The notes under the pieces are model-generated. The model did no database searches and had not been told where the DNA came from. It was given only the letters and a program-made list of their open reading frames with translations. DNA of 64,000 nt from Nemertoderma westbladi (taxonomy: Eukaryota; Animalia; Xenacoelomorpha). The stretch covers positions 6,095-70,094 of the forward strand of contig JAUCBJ010000091.1 in NCBI GenBank assembly GCA_032718475.1, given 5' to 3'. A program made the position numbers and the translations under genes. Every line of letters begins with the position of its first letter. The stretch's first letter is position 1. This document shows positions 46,033 through 59,624 of the stretch, piece by piece.

Positions 46033-47808
46033 ATATATAATTTTATGTTAAGGTTAACTAACTTGTGTTATGTAACTTATATAACTCATATTAAGTAACT
46101 TTGAGGAAGAGATGCAGTAGCAGCTAAGCTCGGAATTCCTCTCCGTAAAGCGAATTAAAGGACATTAATAATTGTTATAAATTAATAAACAGAGTTAAGA
46201 AAACCTCTCAGCGGGTTATTTTATTTCTCACGGTTATTTAATTTGTTTAATCAATAACAACATCATTTCTCAACTATGCTGTTATACCTACTTACGAATA
46301 TGATTATGTATATTGTTGAGTTGTAGCGATGGTTGGGCTGCAATGAGTTGACTATATCCAACGGACCTCAACCTCAATGGCGGACGGGAAATAAATAAAT
46401 AAGGCGATGATTTTTACAATAAACATGCAACAGCGTACCCTTAGCAGAGCAGCAGAGCAAACTGCTCGTTGGGGCAGTTTCCCAGGTTGCGGATAGGGAT
46501 AACATTTCACACATCGCACTAATTGTAATTTGTCTGCGTATACGACTGTGTATTACAATTAGACAGGAGGAAGTTTCTTTGGTTAATGCAAGTCATTCTT
46601 AGTTTGCATCTTCCAATCTCTGTTTCTTGGAGTCTGTGTCATATATGCTAGTTACGGCGGCGGAGACAGATTCCATCTTATACTGAGAGGTCAGCCTCGG
46701 GGCCACTCAGTATACGTGCAGGTTGGGGGTGCCGGCCTTACGAATAACAGAATCACTCTTGAATTTCACTAATTAAAATGGCCTTTTTAAGAGAGGATAC
46801 ACTGCAAGACTGCAAGGCTTACTAATTAATATGTTGTGAATAGTCGGTCTATATTGGTGGGGGGGGGGGGGGGGGGGGGGTGTCTCTCGATGCTGCAAAG
46901 GATACATCACACTCAGCAATATGTGGATTACCGCGGCAATAATACCCTAATTTCGTATTCATAATGTCATCAAAAACCCACGGCCAGATCTTTTATAACT
47001 CCAATAGTGTAACAACTACACGACACCTACAACCACCCCTAATATAAGTGAGAGTTACACGGCGTACCTGAAGCAAATCCAAGCTAACAATAACACAAAT
47101 TATAGTCTAATTTAAATTCTTTGTATTCTGAGATTATAAAGCAAAAAATAATAGTCGTTAATATAGTATATTGGCGATTAATTCATTTATAATCAGTAAT
47201 CAGATATGTAGAAAATTGTATCATCTAATACTCCCGCTTAGACATGCAGCAGTTGGCGAACAAATTATTTTGCAAAATGAATCTTGGGTGTGTCTGGAAT
47301 AAGCGAAGTGTGTGGAAATTATAACAAAATTAATGCGAAAAAGTTGTTTATTCCAATTATTTGACTAATAATGTAGAATTCCTTCATTATAGTCGTATGT
47401 TATATAAAGTTCAATAGCGTGTTATATAATTTTACTTTATATCACATTTACTGGGAGAGATGGAATTTTTCGAAAATGGGATTTTCTCTGCAAATATTAA
47501 TTCCAGAGGCGACACAAAGGTTAATGTAGGTAAGGATAGGGCGCCACAAATACCCCGAGGTTATCATATACTCACCGTATATTAATATCACGAACTGAAG
47601 CCCCGCCGCATATGGAGAAAAAATCAATAAATGTGGCGTTAAGCAATTAATGATTTTTTTTATGAATGACATTTAATAAAGATAATGTCAAATACATTAA
47701 TACATAAGGAACCAATAACTATATTACACGAATTCAAAAGAGTTCACTTCAATCAATAACAATAATCTATTGCTATGGTTACTGTATGATGAACACGCTT
47801 TGCTATGG

Positions 47809-50523
47809 TTACCGTTTCCAAGGGCGTTCGAGGTCCAAATCGTCGTCATCGTCTTCATCATATTCCTCGTCCCCCAGTAAGTCCCTCGCCAGATCGGCCA
47901 CTTTCGGCTCGATCGACTGGGGTTTAACCTGATGATGGGGCGACTGCTGATTGGCTGGGAGTTTGGGACTGAGGACCTCAGTGGGAACGTTCCACTGGAT
48001 CACCAACGGCTTACCCTGGAACACCCGGCCGTTCATCACGGCCGACTCGGCCTCGTGGCGCGTCGAGTAGGTTACCACGCAACGGCCGTCCTCCGCAGTA
48101 AAATGTTTCGATTCGATGACCCCGAACTGAGAAAAGTGGTCCTCTAAGTCGTCCTCAGTCGCGTTACCGGGGTAACCGCTGACGATAAAGGACTTGGGCC
48201 GGTGGTCTACCGTGGAGATACTGTTGAAGAGGAACCGAGCGCCCCTTGCGGATCTCCTACCTCGGATTCCCCGGCCACCACGACGACCCATATCGGGTAC
48301 CGCCAACCCCATCCTGGAGGCCTCCACTCTCATACTGTTAACCCGAAGTTTAAGATTCTTTGTGTCCTCGTCGGTTAGCTCCTTATTGAGGAGGTCCATC
48401 TCCGCGTCCAACAACTCCTTCTTCATTTCTATCTTATTTCTAGGTTTATTACTCGGTTTAACATTGCCATCGAGTTCTCTCTTTAGACTCGTTATAACCT
48501 TATCGAGTAGCTTTATGGCCCCGACAACCGTCACCTTCTCTTTCCCCTTTAGGTTCTTCGATTCTAGACGTTCCAATAATTTCTTCTGCTCAACGACTTG
48601 CCGCTCCAACAGCAATCGTTTCTGCCTCTTTATATCCAAAGACAATTTAATCGCGAGATTCTGTTTAGCGACTTTGTTATTCTTCTTCAGTTCGCTCGCC
48701 GGCGGTATCTTAGCAACGGCGAACGCAACCTGAGGCGGTCGGACGACGTCGCCGCCTCCCGGGGCCACGACAACCCGGTTGCTAGGCGGCAACGAATCAG
48801 TCACGGGCGTGGCGACCGCGGTGGTTACCGCGGGGTCTATCGAGGCGACGGTAACCGCGGTTACCGCGCTCTGCTCCTGAGTTCCCTGATGCCAAAAGAG
48901 TTTAATGAATCGGTTGCCCATGACTGCGTCGGCACAGGTGTAGGCTTGCCGCGCCTCCGAGTTGGCGTCGAACGCGACGAGCGCTGCGTCCGCCATCCCG
49001 CTGTACGAGGCGTCCACGCTCGTAACCGTGCCGAAACGCTCGAAGTATTCCCGGATCTTATCGACGGTGTTGAGATCCGACGGGATCCGTCGCATCTCTA
49101 GCTTGGTCCCCCCCGAATGCCCCCCTCGAAAGCCGCGGAAGCCCCCTCGGTAGTTTACCTGCCGAGGGGGGCGGTAGAAGGGGGGCTCCTGGGAAGGAGG
49201 GGGTCCCGCAGTGAGGTCGACCAGGTTGCGAGCGAGGGGGAACATATCGGGGGCGAACTGGGGGGGCAGGAACATCGGGGGCGGGTAGACGGAGGTATCC
49301 ATGGGGTAGAGGGGCGGGGGGTTGGGGGGCAGGAAGAGGGGGCTCCCCAGGGGGAACTGGGGGGGATCCATCCCGGGGGTCTCGGGGTTGTATCCGTCGA
49401 CCGGGGGGACGGGGGGCAGCGGTTGGTACATCGGGGGGGCGCTGGGGTACAGCGAGGGCGGGGGCATCGTGTAGATGGGGGCGCCGACCGGGGGCGGCAC
49501 AGGAGGGGGCCGGGGGGACGACTTGGACGGCTCCACCGTGATCGCATCCATCCCGTGGTCGTAGGGGCAGCCGTCGCCGCGGATACAGTAGCCCTTCTCG
49601 TCGAAGTCCGGACAGCGGAGCTCGGTGGTGGGGGCCCCGGGGTGCAGGGGGAGCATCGTGATGGTGGGGGACAATCCCCGGGTGTCCCTGTCCCGTAGTG
49701 GCGGGGACATCCTGTGGTTGGGACTGCGGGACCTCATGTGTCTGTGGTGCCGGTGTCCCGGGGACCTCCGTCGGTTGCTGCGCCACGGACTCCCCTTATT
49801 CCTGCGACTCGGGCTGTATCGACGGGTGCGACGACCAGCGGGGGACCGACGCAACTTCCCGGAGAACTTCCGACCGGAGTGTTTGGACGCCGTCTGGCGG
49901 CGTGGAGGGGAACCCTCATCACTCTCCGTGATAGAAGGGCTGCTCTGGGAACGAGTGCGTGGGCCCCTAGTCGGGGGGACGGCTAGACCCACAGGGGGCA
50001 GCGTGACGCCCCCTGCGGGGGCGGTTATTCCTCCAATCCCACCAACAGGGTCGGTAGTCGCCTCGGTCGGCGGATCCAACGGCTGAAACACGACGGGGTT
50101 TGGACGCATTGCTTCGTCGATGGAATGAGACGCAACCGAGTTGAATACCTCGTCGGGGATGAGGTTGGGAACAACCTCGGTGTCCAGGAAGGGGGGCGAG
50201 TCCATCGGGAATGGTGGCGAGTTCATGGGGTCCCCCGGGGTAACTTCAGGTTCCGGCGAGTATGGTTCGTCTAACGGGTTGTGCGCCATGTAGGATTTCG
50301 TGTCCAGAGCGACAAACAGCCGCTCCACAAACGGTTCTGTGTGATCTTGCAGGAAGACTTTGAGACATTCGGAACAGCTGTCTCGTATTGTCGCGCGGTC
50401 CTTATCCTTTTTGACAAGAGCGATAACGTACTTGGCCAATGCGACAGGATCCGCGTCGCATATCGGCTCCAACGTTCTCTCCAACCACGGTTTGAATAAA
50501 TCGACTCCCTCAATTGCAGGCAT
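47809..50523 (-). CDS. RBM26: RNA-binding protein 26/27, single uninterrupted ORF
   Basis: PWI-like N-terminus LEPICDADPVALAKYVIALVKKD, RS-rich region, CCCH finger CPDFDEKGYCIRGDGCPYDHG, YNPE motif, RRM ending AVMGNRFIKLFWH, coiled coil, VDHRP plus second RRM, acidic ERPWKR end. Confidence 0.94.
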   Translation of the reverse strand: MPAIEGVDLFKPWLERTLEPICDADPVALAKYVIALVKKDKDRATIRDSCSECLKVFLQDHTEPFVERLFVALDTKSYMAHNPLDEPYSPEPEVTPGDPMNSPPFPMDSPPFLDTEVVPNLIPDEVFNSVASHSIDEAMRPNPVVFQPLDPPTEATTDPVGGIGGITAPAGGVTLPPVGLAVPPTRGPRTRSQSSPSITESDEGSPPRRQTASKHSGRKFSGKLRRSPAGRRTRRYSPSRRNKGSPWRSNRRRSPGHRHHRHMRSRSPNHRMSPPLRDRDTRGLSPTITMLPLHPGAPTTELRCPDFDEKGYCIRGDGCPYDHGMDAITVEPSKSSPRPPPVPPPVGAPIYTMPPPSLYPSAPPMYQPLPPVPPVDGYNPETPGMDPPQFPLGSPLFLPPNPPPLYPMDTSVYPPPMFLPPQFAPDMFPLARNLVDLTAGPPPSQEPPFYRPPRQVNYRGGFRGFRGGHSGGTKLEMRRIPSDLNTVDKIREYFERFGTVTSVDASYSGMADAALVAFDANSEARQAYTCADAVMGNRFIKLFWHQGTQEQSAVTAVTVASIDPAVTTAVATPVTDSLPPSNRVVVAPGGGDVVRPPQVAFAVAKIPPASELKKNNKVAKQNLAIKLSLDIKRQKRLLLERQVVEQKKLLERLESKNLKGKEKVTVVGAIKLLDKVITSLKRELDGNVKPSNKPRNKIEMKKELLDAEMDLLNKELTDEDTKNLKLRVNSMRVEASRMGLAVPDMGRRGGRGIRGRRSARGARFLFNSISTVDHRPKSFIVSGYPGNATEDDLEDHFSQFGVIESKHFTAEDGRCVVTYSTRHEAESAVMNGRVFQGKPLVIQWNVPTEVLSPKLPANQQSPHHQVKPQSIEPKVADLARDLLGDEEYDEDDDDDLDLERPWKR

Positions 50524-50575
50524 TTTGACAAGGTTATTGATAAGTAATTACTATTCTTACTGCTGTCTGGCTGTA

Positions 50576-51969
50576 CCGTAATTCGGGGTGACTTGATACA
50601 GTTTTTGCCTTTAACTGTGAATATCTTCTGAAGTTTTTATCCTACACAGACTGACAGATGGAATAAAAAGAAAATTTTATAGTCGGGATGAGTACTACAC
50701 CACTAGACTAAAGCACTATTTCAGGTGCTTAGTCTAGTTGGTGTTTTTTTCTTAAAAACCAGCTATATCAAGTCACCCCACATAACGGGGTGACTTGATA
50801 CACAAGCAAATTTTCCGCAATAATACCACTCTGTGAATGAGTTTGGATCATATTGTAGGCTGTGGGGGTGACTTGATACATCTTGGAAATTTTAAAAAAA
50901 GAACGAAGTCACCACCTAACGGGGATATAAAATTATGGCTAAAATTAAAAATATCTCCATTTTTTATGGCAAAATATTTCATATTTAACAAGTTAAATTG
51001 CACTTTAAAAACGAAAAAGACCTTCATTGCATAGTGACATCCAGACACCAGTAAGTAAGACAATACATTTTAGAAAAAACTGGAAACTAAAACAATGATT
51101 TTATTTAAGCACAAATTTTGCAAAATTAAGGTTTAAGTAAAGATAAAATATTTTAGAAAATTTAACATATAACAATATTTAACAAGTTAAATTGCACTTT
51201 AAAAACGAAAAAGACTTTCATTGCATTGTGACATCCTGACACCAGTAAATAAGACAAAACATTTTAGAAAAAACTGGAAACTAAAACAATGATTTTAAGC
51301 ACAAATTTTGCAAAATTAAAGTTTAAGTAAAGATAAAATATTTTAGAAAATTTAACATAGGCCTATAACAATATTTAACAAGTTAAATTGGACTTTAAAA
51401 ACGAAAAAGACCTTCATTGCATAGTGACATCCTGACACCAGTAAGTAAGACAATACATTTTAGAAAAAACTGGAAACTAAATCAATGAATTTAAGCACAA
51501 ATTTTGCAAAATCGACGTTTAAGTCATAGGTAGTCACAGGTATCTGGGTATCAGAACATTTTTTCCTACATTATACCATATATATGTATCAATTCACCCC
51601 ATTTTGAGACACACTTTCAAAAAACGGGCACTCCACCCCCAATTCATATGAAAATTTGTAAATGCTCATAATATTCAAACTCATCTATTAGCATCTGTAA
51701 AAATATTTTTTGAACAACATTAACCCAAAGTGTCAAAAATTTGACCTATATTTTGACATTGAAAAAAAGTGAATTTTTGAAAAATGCATTTTTGGCTCTA
51801 GTGATCACAAATGCGAAGCAATGACAAAATTTATTTTACTATTTGATAGACAATTTATTCAGACATCTTCTAATATTTCAATTTTTATCATAACATCACG
51901 CAATCACCCACAATCCATTAAAGAAAAAAAGTGTAACTTGCTGTATCTTGCTGTCACCCCGAATTACGG
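50576..51969. mobile_element. Non-autonomous Tc1/mariner-pogo-type DNA transposon (1394 bp)
   Basis: TIRs CCGTAATTCGGGGTGAC / GTCACCCCGAATTACGG flanked by TA on both sides; subterminal GGGGTGACTTGATACA repeats; no transposase. Confidence 0.88.
50981..51522. repeat. Three tandem copies of an approx. 195-bp unit inside the DNA transposon
   Basis: ATATTTAACAAGTTAAATTG.ACTTTAAAAACGAAAAAGAC at 50981, 51175 and 51371. Confidence 0.9.
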
Positions 51970-52689
51970 TACTGTACTGTCTTATCACAGTTGTCAAATG
52001 TCAGTGTATTATCTATGTATAGGCCTATTACAGTATTACATTTACAGTAAGTACTGAAGTAGGCCTATTTCTGTATTTGGCCTAATCAGCTAATACGCAG
52101 AGCAGATGACGAACAGAGAGCAGGAGAGAGAGACACAGACGTTTGGACGTAGGGCAGTTGTAGGCCCTATGGCAGCGGCCCACGGCAGGGCCTGCTAGGA
52201 AAGGACATGGATTAAATTACACTCCACGATTACAAAGGACAATACTTTCATACACTGATAATATTTAATAAAATCATTTTACAAGACGTAATAAATTCGA
52301 TAATATACTATAATACTAATATATTCGACACTATAATGAAAAAGTAATGTTCTTCGATAAAAAAAAAGTATCGGAAAGAAACGCTTTTTTAACTAATTTT
52401 GATTGACCGAGGTTAAATGAAATTAGTGACAATGGATTTCTTTCCGGACACGTTTTTTTGATCGTAGACACTATTTTATCTGAAAAATTAATCGATTTAC
52501 CGGTTTACATTTAATATATATTTCGTTTTTTTTTTATCTACACCCCCATGCGGGGCAAATGGTTCCATTTAATAGTAAAATATTGTTAAAATTAATTATA
52601 AAAATACACACATATGACGTATAAAATATATAGTTATGATTATGAGTCATGAGTAGTTAAATAAAATATTTGCTATGAACCAAGAACGG

Positions 52690-53230
52690 ATAATGGAGGA
52701 CAGTGGTTGCAGGAGAGAGCGTGGTTTCGGTCTATATTTCTATGGCCACAAAATTTACATTCACAGGCCGTGTTATTGATATCGTGGAATGGTGTCAAGT
52801 CAAATGCACAGTTTATAATGGAAGCCGTGCACTGTAGCCCTTGTAATCAAATGGCGGTATCTTTGGTTTGAGTTTTTCCATGTTGTCGACTTGAAGGCCG
52901 GTCCTTAAGGCCGGTCTCCTGTACAAAGTTTAGTTCCCTTCCCATTCTGTATGAACGATATTCATTTAGCGCTTCCGTATTAAAGGGGTACTTGGTTGCG
53001 AGTTCTTCTACATATGACTGACATCCAATCAGTTTAAAAGCTAATGTTGTGGATGAATTTTAGTGAATATTTAGGAGCCGCTTTACATATCTGCCTTTAA
53101 TTTTATCAATTTCTTTGAGGTTGTTAGCGGTGAAATAAAGCGCAATTTCATGGAAAGCATAGGATAACATTGGATCAATTTTCATGTTAAATATTAGTAT
53201 TCCAGTTTCTATGGTTAATATATATTTAGT
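52690..53230 (-). mobile_element. Degenerate 3' fragment of a non-LTR retrotransposon ORF (post-RT region and C-terminal Cys/His finger)
   Basis: Minus-strand pieces KIKGRYVKRLL and YRHLITRATVHGFHYKLC..FH..CECKFCG..H..C, broken by frameshifts. Confidence 0.5.
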
Positions 53231-53434
53231 TAAACAGCAGTAATAATTATTGTCAATGATAGGCCTAGTATTTTTATGAATTATCATTAAAATATGGCGA
53301 ATACAAATTGTCATATGTTATATTATTTTTACGTATTATACTTCAAACAGTGTTATGCAAATTCTTATAATTAATGATGCATTGTCCAATTTGAATTATT
53401 TCGATTAACAAAAAAACACATCCATAGACATGGC

Positions 53435-54742
53435 GGGTAACAGACGTTTCGGTCTAAGACGTTTTGGCCTAGGACGTTTCGGCCCAATGAATGAAATACA
53501 AGATTTTCTTGTCGGACGTTTTGGCCCAAAGACTCACTTTACTCCCTTAAATAAACTATTAATAATAAGTTATTCAATATATTTGTTTTGTAGTTTTTTA
53601 CGTTCGTTACGAGGAACTGCTCCGACACGACACCTGTTTGAAAGTCGTCAAGATCGAAGTTCTACATTATATTTACAAATAATAACTAATGTAATATTAT
53701 TATTATTATTTATTTATATAAATTTACACCATACTGTAACTTAGAACAAAGATAACATATGCTGACAAATTAACTTTAGTTAATACAGTTAGATAGTTAA
53801 AAGTAAGTAATAGTAAAGGTAATAGGTAAAGTAATAAAGGTAAAGTAATAGTTAAAAACATACGTATTTTAAAATGTGAGTCAATAAATAAAGTACATTA
53901 AAATACACCGAATTAAAATTATTACTGTATTTTAATGTTAGACTTAAAAATATAATAGATAAGAAATATTCCATTAAAGGAGCATTGCTTTATGAGACAG
54001 GCTGGATGTCATATGGAATGAGATAAAATATATGCGTATTAAACTTAAATTTAGATGAAATATATGGGTATTAAATTTAAATTTAGAGGAAATATATGCG
54101 TATTAAAAGGACCAGAGTGGATGTGAAGTGAAATAAAATATGTATTAATAAAAGCATTATACGTCGTTATCTATGGGTATAAATCATCTATCATCGAGAT
54201 GAGAGTTATTGTTTCAACAGATCATTAAGACATTGCTGCATTACACTGTCCAGCTACAACAATTATCAATTGAGTAGGCCTAATGTTTAAACTAATGAAG
54301 TATCTCCAAAATAATCGATCAGACGCGATTATTTAAGCCCTAAATGGTTCGTGAAATTGATTCGCTTTAGTAGAATATTAGCAATGTGGTACTCGGTACC
54401 AAAAGTTTTGTTCTGACTTGCATTTTTTCGGCCGCAAAACATAATAGGGCAGAGCACCACATGCATAATGTTTATTTTATTTTGAAATAAATTAAATAGC
54501 CATTTCATGAAAGATATTTCATAAGTGTTTGTATATTATTGTGAAATAATTATAATTTTAATGAATAATTATTATCATATCACACAAGTTGGCCTTTTCA
54601 TTCGGTTACAGTTACAGTCAGGCCGAAACGTCCGGGCCGAATCGTCCGAGCCGAAATGTCCGGGCCGAAACGTCCTGGACCGAAACGTCCTAGGCCGAAA
54701 CGTCCTGGACCGAAACGTCCTAGGCCGAAACGTCTGTATACC
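53435..54742. mobile_element. Non-autonomous Mutator-like (MULE) element
   Basis: 9-10-bp TSD AGACATGGC(G) at 53426 and 54743; GG termini; inverted arrays of a 15-bp GGCCGAAACGTCC unit at both ends. Confidence 0.85.
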
Positions 54743-55020
54743 AGACATGGCGGTTAAAATGTCTGAATTTTATTATTTTACATAAACTAATTAATTATAA
54801 TAATTATTATATCTTTGCGACTCTCTGTGTTTATTTTATTAGTTTAACTACCATTTTACCAAGTTCGGGGTTTATCTATTACAATTTCAGTATTAAATAT
54901 CTGAATGTAGTGTGGGTTTTCCCGATTTAATCGCCATCTATGCAAATAAAGGCGGGGTATCTCAGTTGATTGCGCGTGTAGAATTTTCACCGATTAATGT
55001 GTTTACAGTGCTACATAAAA

Positions 55021-56090
55021 CAAGCTGGCAAGCCTGGAAGGTTCACGGTCCTCCTACTTAATCAGTACAATAATAATACGTTTTCGTTCGGGTAGGCCTA
55101 TGTTTCCTTTTCACTTGTTCCCATCGTAGGCGACCTCATGCTCCTGTGCTCATCCCACCACGACCACGACCACCAGTTACGAGTTGGGTAGGCGTCTACC
55201 GGCAACCGGTAAGTAATTACGCGCCACACGACGTCATCCCGCCATCCGCCAACATTTATACTGGTACGGTAAGCCTACCACCTACCGGCTGGCTACCATC
55301 GCACCGTAGGTCTACCGCCTACGCCTACCGGTCAACCGGTAACGGTAGGCTACCGCGTACCGGTACAGCGGTACTCAAAGTCGTACCGGTATTGTCGTAA
55401 TTGACAAATGCAGGATTAAACCGTAACCCGTTCCAGTACCGGTACCATATGCATCTGAACGACTGGACGGTTAATCTCATAGCATAGCTGCATAGGCCTA
55501 CTGGTAGTCAGTGCGAAGTCGCCTGCGAACATGGCGAAATATTATATTTACTGCTAGGGCTAGGCTAGGACCTACTGCTGTACTGACCTATGACAGTATG
55601 AAGATAGGCAGATAGGCCTACAGTGGTCAGGTAGTACCGGTCCGGTATGCCTACTACAGGCAGACAATCAGACAGTACTAGCAGTGCTAATTAATTACCT
55701 TAATTAAATCTTCAATTAGGTCATAATGTAGGTCCAAATTTAAAAATCGGCCTCCGTTAATCGATTTACAAATAATTCAGGTACCTCCATGCCAAATATC
55801 AGAATCATTCATTGCGTTCCCTATGACAAGATAGCTTTTTCCTAAACCATGCGAAAACACGCAAATATAGCGCTCACATCGCACAAATACCATCTCGACA
55901 CCCAATTTTTTGTATGAGCCTTCGCCATCCCTATATCTAACTTTTGTCCAAATTTTGTTTCGATTGATTAATAAATAACTGAGATATCGCTCTGGACACA
56001 CACACACACACACACACACACTAACACACACACACACACACATTACGGTAATAATGGTCACCTATGTCAAGGACCGTGAACCAATAAATG
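55021..56090. mobile_element. Possible Helentron/DINE-like non-autonomous element
   Basis: 13-bp inverted repeat GGTTCACGGTCCT (55040) / AGGACCGTGAACC (56070) with a (CA)n microsatellite at 55996-56042 near one end. Confidence 0.4.
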
Positions 56091-56094
56091 GGAA

Positions 56095-56720
56095 ATTAAG
56101 TAAAACGCCGGATGGTTTCCCTAGTTACAGGTGTTTGTAAAATTAGCACGTTGCTTAGCTGCCCTGCTATCGGTTATATTTAATATTTCGTTAATAACTC
56201 ATACCCTGCCATCATAGTGTGGTTAACAGCTATAATTGTGCCCTTATTTAAGAAAGGCGATCCCACGGACCAATATAATTACCGCCCTGTTTCTCTGACC
56301 TGTGTATCGTGCAAACTTAATGGAACTTTGTATAAAAAACGAACTATCTGATTATTTACTCATAAATAAAATTATATCGAAGGCGCAGCACGGTTTTGTG
56401 AAATGTAGATTGGATGTACTCAACTTTTGGAATGTTCAACTGAATGGTACAAGGGTTTAGACAAACGCTATACAGTTGATATTGTATATGTCGATTTAGC
56501 CAAGGCATTCGATTCAGTTGTTCACCGAAAGTTGATACATAAATTGGCCAGTTATGGGGTAACCGGTGATTTGTTGTGCTGGATTGAAGCTTTTCTCTGT
56601 AATCGTACTCAGAATGTAATTATTGGTAATAGTATTTCATCTTCCGTTAATGTTATCTCAGGAACGTTCCAAGGTAGTTTCTTGGGCCGCTATTATTTTT
56701 TCTTTATATCAATGAGCTAC
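56095..56720 (+). mobile_element. CR1-like LINE RT fragment, degenerate
   Basis: PLFKKGDP..NYRPVSLTC, QHGF, VDIVYVDLAKAFDSVVH, VISG..QGSFLG, with frameshifts. Confidence 0.85.
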
Positions 56721-57089
56721 CCGAGCTAATACCAAATGTATTTGTAATAAATGTATCGTGTAAATTTTTTGCGAATGACTTACTGTAAAGTTGCACGCGA
56801 GATCAGGCGATAGTGATTTGCAGCGCACTGCGTATACTGGAAAGCTGGACAGCCAATTGGCAACTAAACATAGCGGCTCATAAGTGCACTCACTCTTCTT
56901 CGTTTTGGTGTCAGTAAAGCTAATGTAGTTACAGAACAATTTATATATTATATATAATTTATATATATGTTATATATTAATATTTTCTAAACGGTCGGCA
57001 TTCCATCAAAGGAGGAACTAATGAGAACCGACATTTTTATTGCCCACCTGGAGACACTTCGTTCTGTCAATATAAACGCACTGGTGAGC

Positions 57090-57535
57090 TGCCGGTGGAC
57101 AAAAACCACTATCTTGACTATTCATTTATTGGATATATACATCCCTATCTACCGCCGCCTTACATCGAAAAGACTACTCATACGTGTCTGCCGGGTTTCA
57201 CCCAAAACCAATCTGAGTCTTTTAATTCTCTGGTCTGGCTTCGTGCTGCCAAACACAAGTTTTTTGGTACCACCCGTATCAAAAGCCTTGAGCGCCATAT
57301 TATATTATAATAATGGTGCCTCAGCCCGAGCTCTAATTCTAGAAAAACTCATTGTATGTGATGTGGACGGATCTATGATTATGGAGCAAAAACATATCAG
57401 AAAGGATTCCATGCGAATTGCTGACAGCCTGGAGAAAGTCAATAAGAAAGACCAGAGGAGACAGAGATACGAGTCCAAATTGGCGAAGTTGTCTAAGGAT
57501 TCCGACAAGGATTATTTACCCGGAGGCTACTACAG
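57090..57535 (+). mobile_element. C-terminal fragment of a Mutator-like/Kolobok-type transposase, frameshifted
   Basis: CLPGFTQNQSESFNSLVW..K..F.G followed in another frame by a basic helix and DYLPGGY, matching the TQNxNESxN..W and YxxGxF tail of this transposase group. Confidence 0.6.
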
Positions 57536-58596
57536 TAGGACTCGAGAACTTTCATTAGGCGCTGAGAATTACATTTATAATTATTATTAAAACATAACTG
57601 TTATTTTTATTTGGACCGCTAGATAGCCTGTATGCCTAATAGACGTGGTCAGTGACTCTCAAACCTGTCTAGTTAGATTCAGCACCATCGATTTAGTCAT
57701 AAAATATTTAAGATTTTTGTTAAACCTCATAAAATGGCTTTAAAATGTTGAAAAATTATGTTATTTAATTTTTAGTGTTTTTCTCGAAATGCACTTTTTT
57801 GAGCTTCAAAATGCATCTCCTCCGCCATTTTTGGGCATATCCTAGTTTTTGTTTTATTCGATGGGCAATCACATGCAGAACAAAAGTTATGCTTTTTATA
57901 ACTTCACTTTTTCCACTTCTTGCTTTATTAATGATTTTTTGTGGCAAAAAATGGTATTTTATGTTCTAGAAAGATAAAAATAGTGTAAAGTGACAATAAA
58001 TCTGTTTTTTGTTCAAAAAAGCATAACTATTATGTATTGGAGTGTGCTGAATCGATCCATCAATCTTTTGAAAAATTTTAATAAAAAATGAATGACTAGA
58101 TGTATTTTAAGTGAAACACATGTTTTTCAATATGGCCGCTAGAGGGCTAAATAAAAATATTTTTTCAAATTTTTGTTAAAATCCTCTTGTACTTGTGAAC
58201 TACAAAACACTCGATTGAAGCTATGATAAGCAATACAACAAATTTACACTTTAACACATACCCCCCCCCCCCCCCCCCCCCCCCCCCTAGGAGTAGCTAC
58301 GCAATAGTAAAATGACATCAAACTATTTAATACTCGTCACCCGCCGATATCTCAGCTATTTCTCAACAAACTAATAGTTATTTACTTATTTAGAATCGTT
58401 GCAACGACAGCTTTCCAATTCATCGAACCACTCACTAGAAGGACAAAGAATAACTGCGGTGCGACAGCGGTGCAAAATCAACAAAATTATTTATTAAACA
58501 ATTTCTTTTAATACAGTAAATTATAATAATTAGCATGATTTAAACACTAAAACTACACAGGCCTACAGTTGTAGGGGGCCTATTGTATTGTGAAAT

Positions 58597-58708
58597 ATAT
58601 AATACTTTATTTACCTTTTCGCGCTCGATCTGACATATTTACCTCTCTCACTGCGCTCGGTCGCTTACTAATAGATCTCGGGATGAACAGTAAATAAAGT
58701 ATATTATA
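58597..58708. mobile_element. Small inverted-repeat element; an inverted partial copy lies at about 59442-59516
   Basis: TATAATACTTTATTTAC ... GTAAATAAAGTATATTATA ends. 59442-59516 is the reverse complement of its right half (TTCATCCCGAGATCT..CGACCGAGCGCAG). Confidence 0.6.
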
Positions 58709-58978
58709 AACAAAATATTCCAGAATATTTTTTATTACATTACTGCAGTACACCTTGACCCGTCATATATTGTCATTTTCTGATGACACGGACCCCCCCC
58801 CCCCCCCCCCCCCCCACACACAAAAAAAAATTTCTACACATCTTATCATATTGCATGAAATTTGAAAAACAACTAGTTCCATTCACCGTGGTTGTTAAGA
58901 TGTAGCCGGAATTTTCGATTTTGGCTTTACATTTTTTTTATAGGCGTTTAAAAAAGTGTATTTGACGATTTAAAACCA

Positions 58979-59591
58979 TATTTTGGGAGTGGCGGTCCGA
59001 AACCCTAATTCAAAGTGGAAATGGAGGCCCAAAACCTTAATTAAAACTGCCAACTGTATGTGTTGTGTATAGCATACAGTAGGCATGGGTAAATTAATAT
59101 GTTTTCTGTGCAATATCTACTGTATATTAAAATCCTTTAATACTTTATGTAGGGCGAGGCGGTCTACCGTAGGTAAGTCAGTCTGTCTAAGACGGCTGTT
59201 TGATTATAGACGCTTATTCACCTAAATTATCAGTATCGTGTACTATGTATTGCGTATACTGCCTTCGTAGCCCTAATAAGGCTTAGAAGTATTTGTGAAT
59301 AAAAGAATTATCTTATCTTATCTTATCTTATCTTAGACACGCGATAGCATCAATATTGGAACGTCAATATTCTAACTCATTACAGTATAAAGTTAATTAT
59401 AATAACTACCGGTGGGGTACCTATTGTACTGTGAGGGAAGTATAATATGCTTTATTTACCGTTCATCCCGAGATCTGTTATTAAACGACCGAGCGCAGCG
59501 GGGAGGTAGATAAGTCCCCCTATTTTGGGAGTGGCGGTCCGAAACCCTAATTCAAAGTGGAAATGGAGGCCCAAAACCTTAATTAAAACTG
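58979..59591. repeat. 71-bp exact direct repeat (58979-59049 and 59521-59591)
   Basis: TATTTTGGGAGTGGCGGTCCGAAACCC...AATTAAAACTG occurs twice. Confidence 0.9.
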
Positions 59592-59624
59592 TCATGTAAC
59601 CCCAAACTTAAATATTTTGGATCT

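Noticed and set aside
47932-50581. Many overlapping and antisense ORFs over RBM26/27 (and over IST1 and SLU7)
   Set aside because: Shadow ORFs of GC-rich, low-complexity coding sequence with no recognisable motifs.
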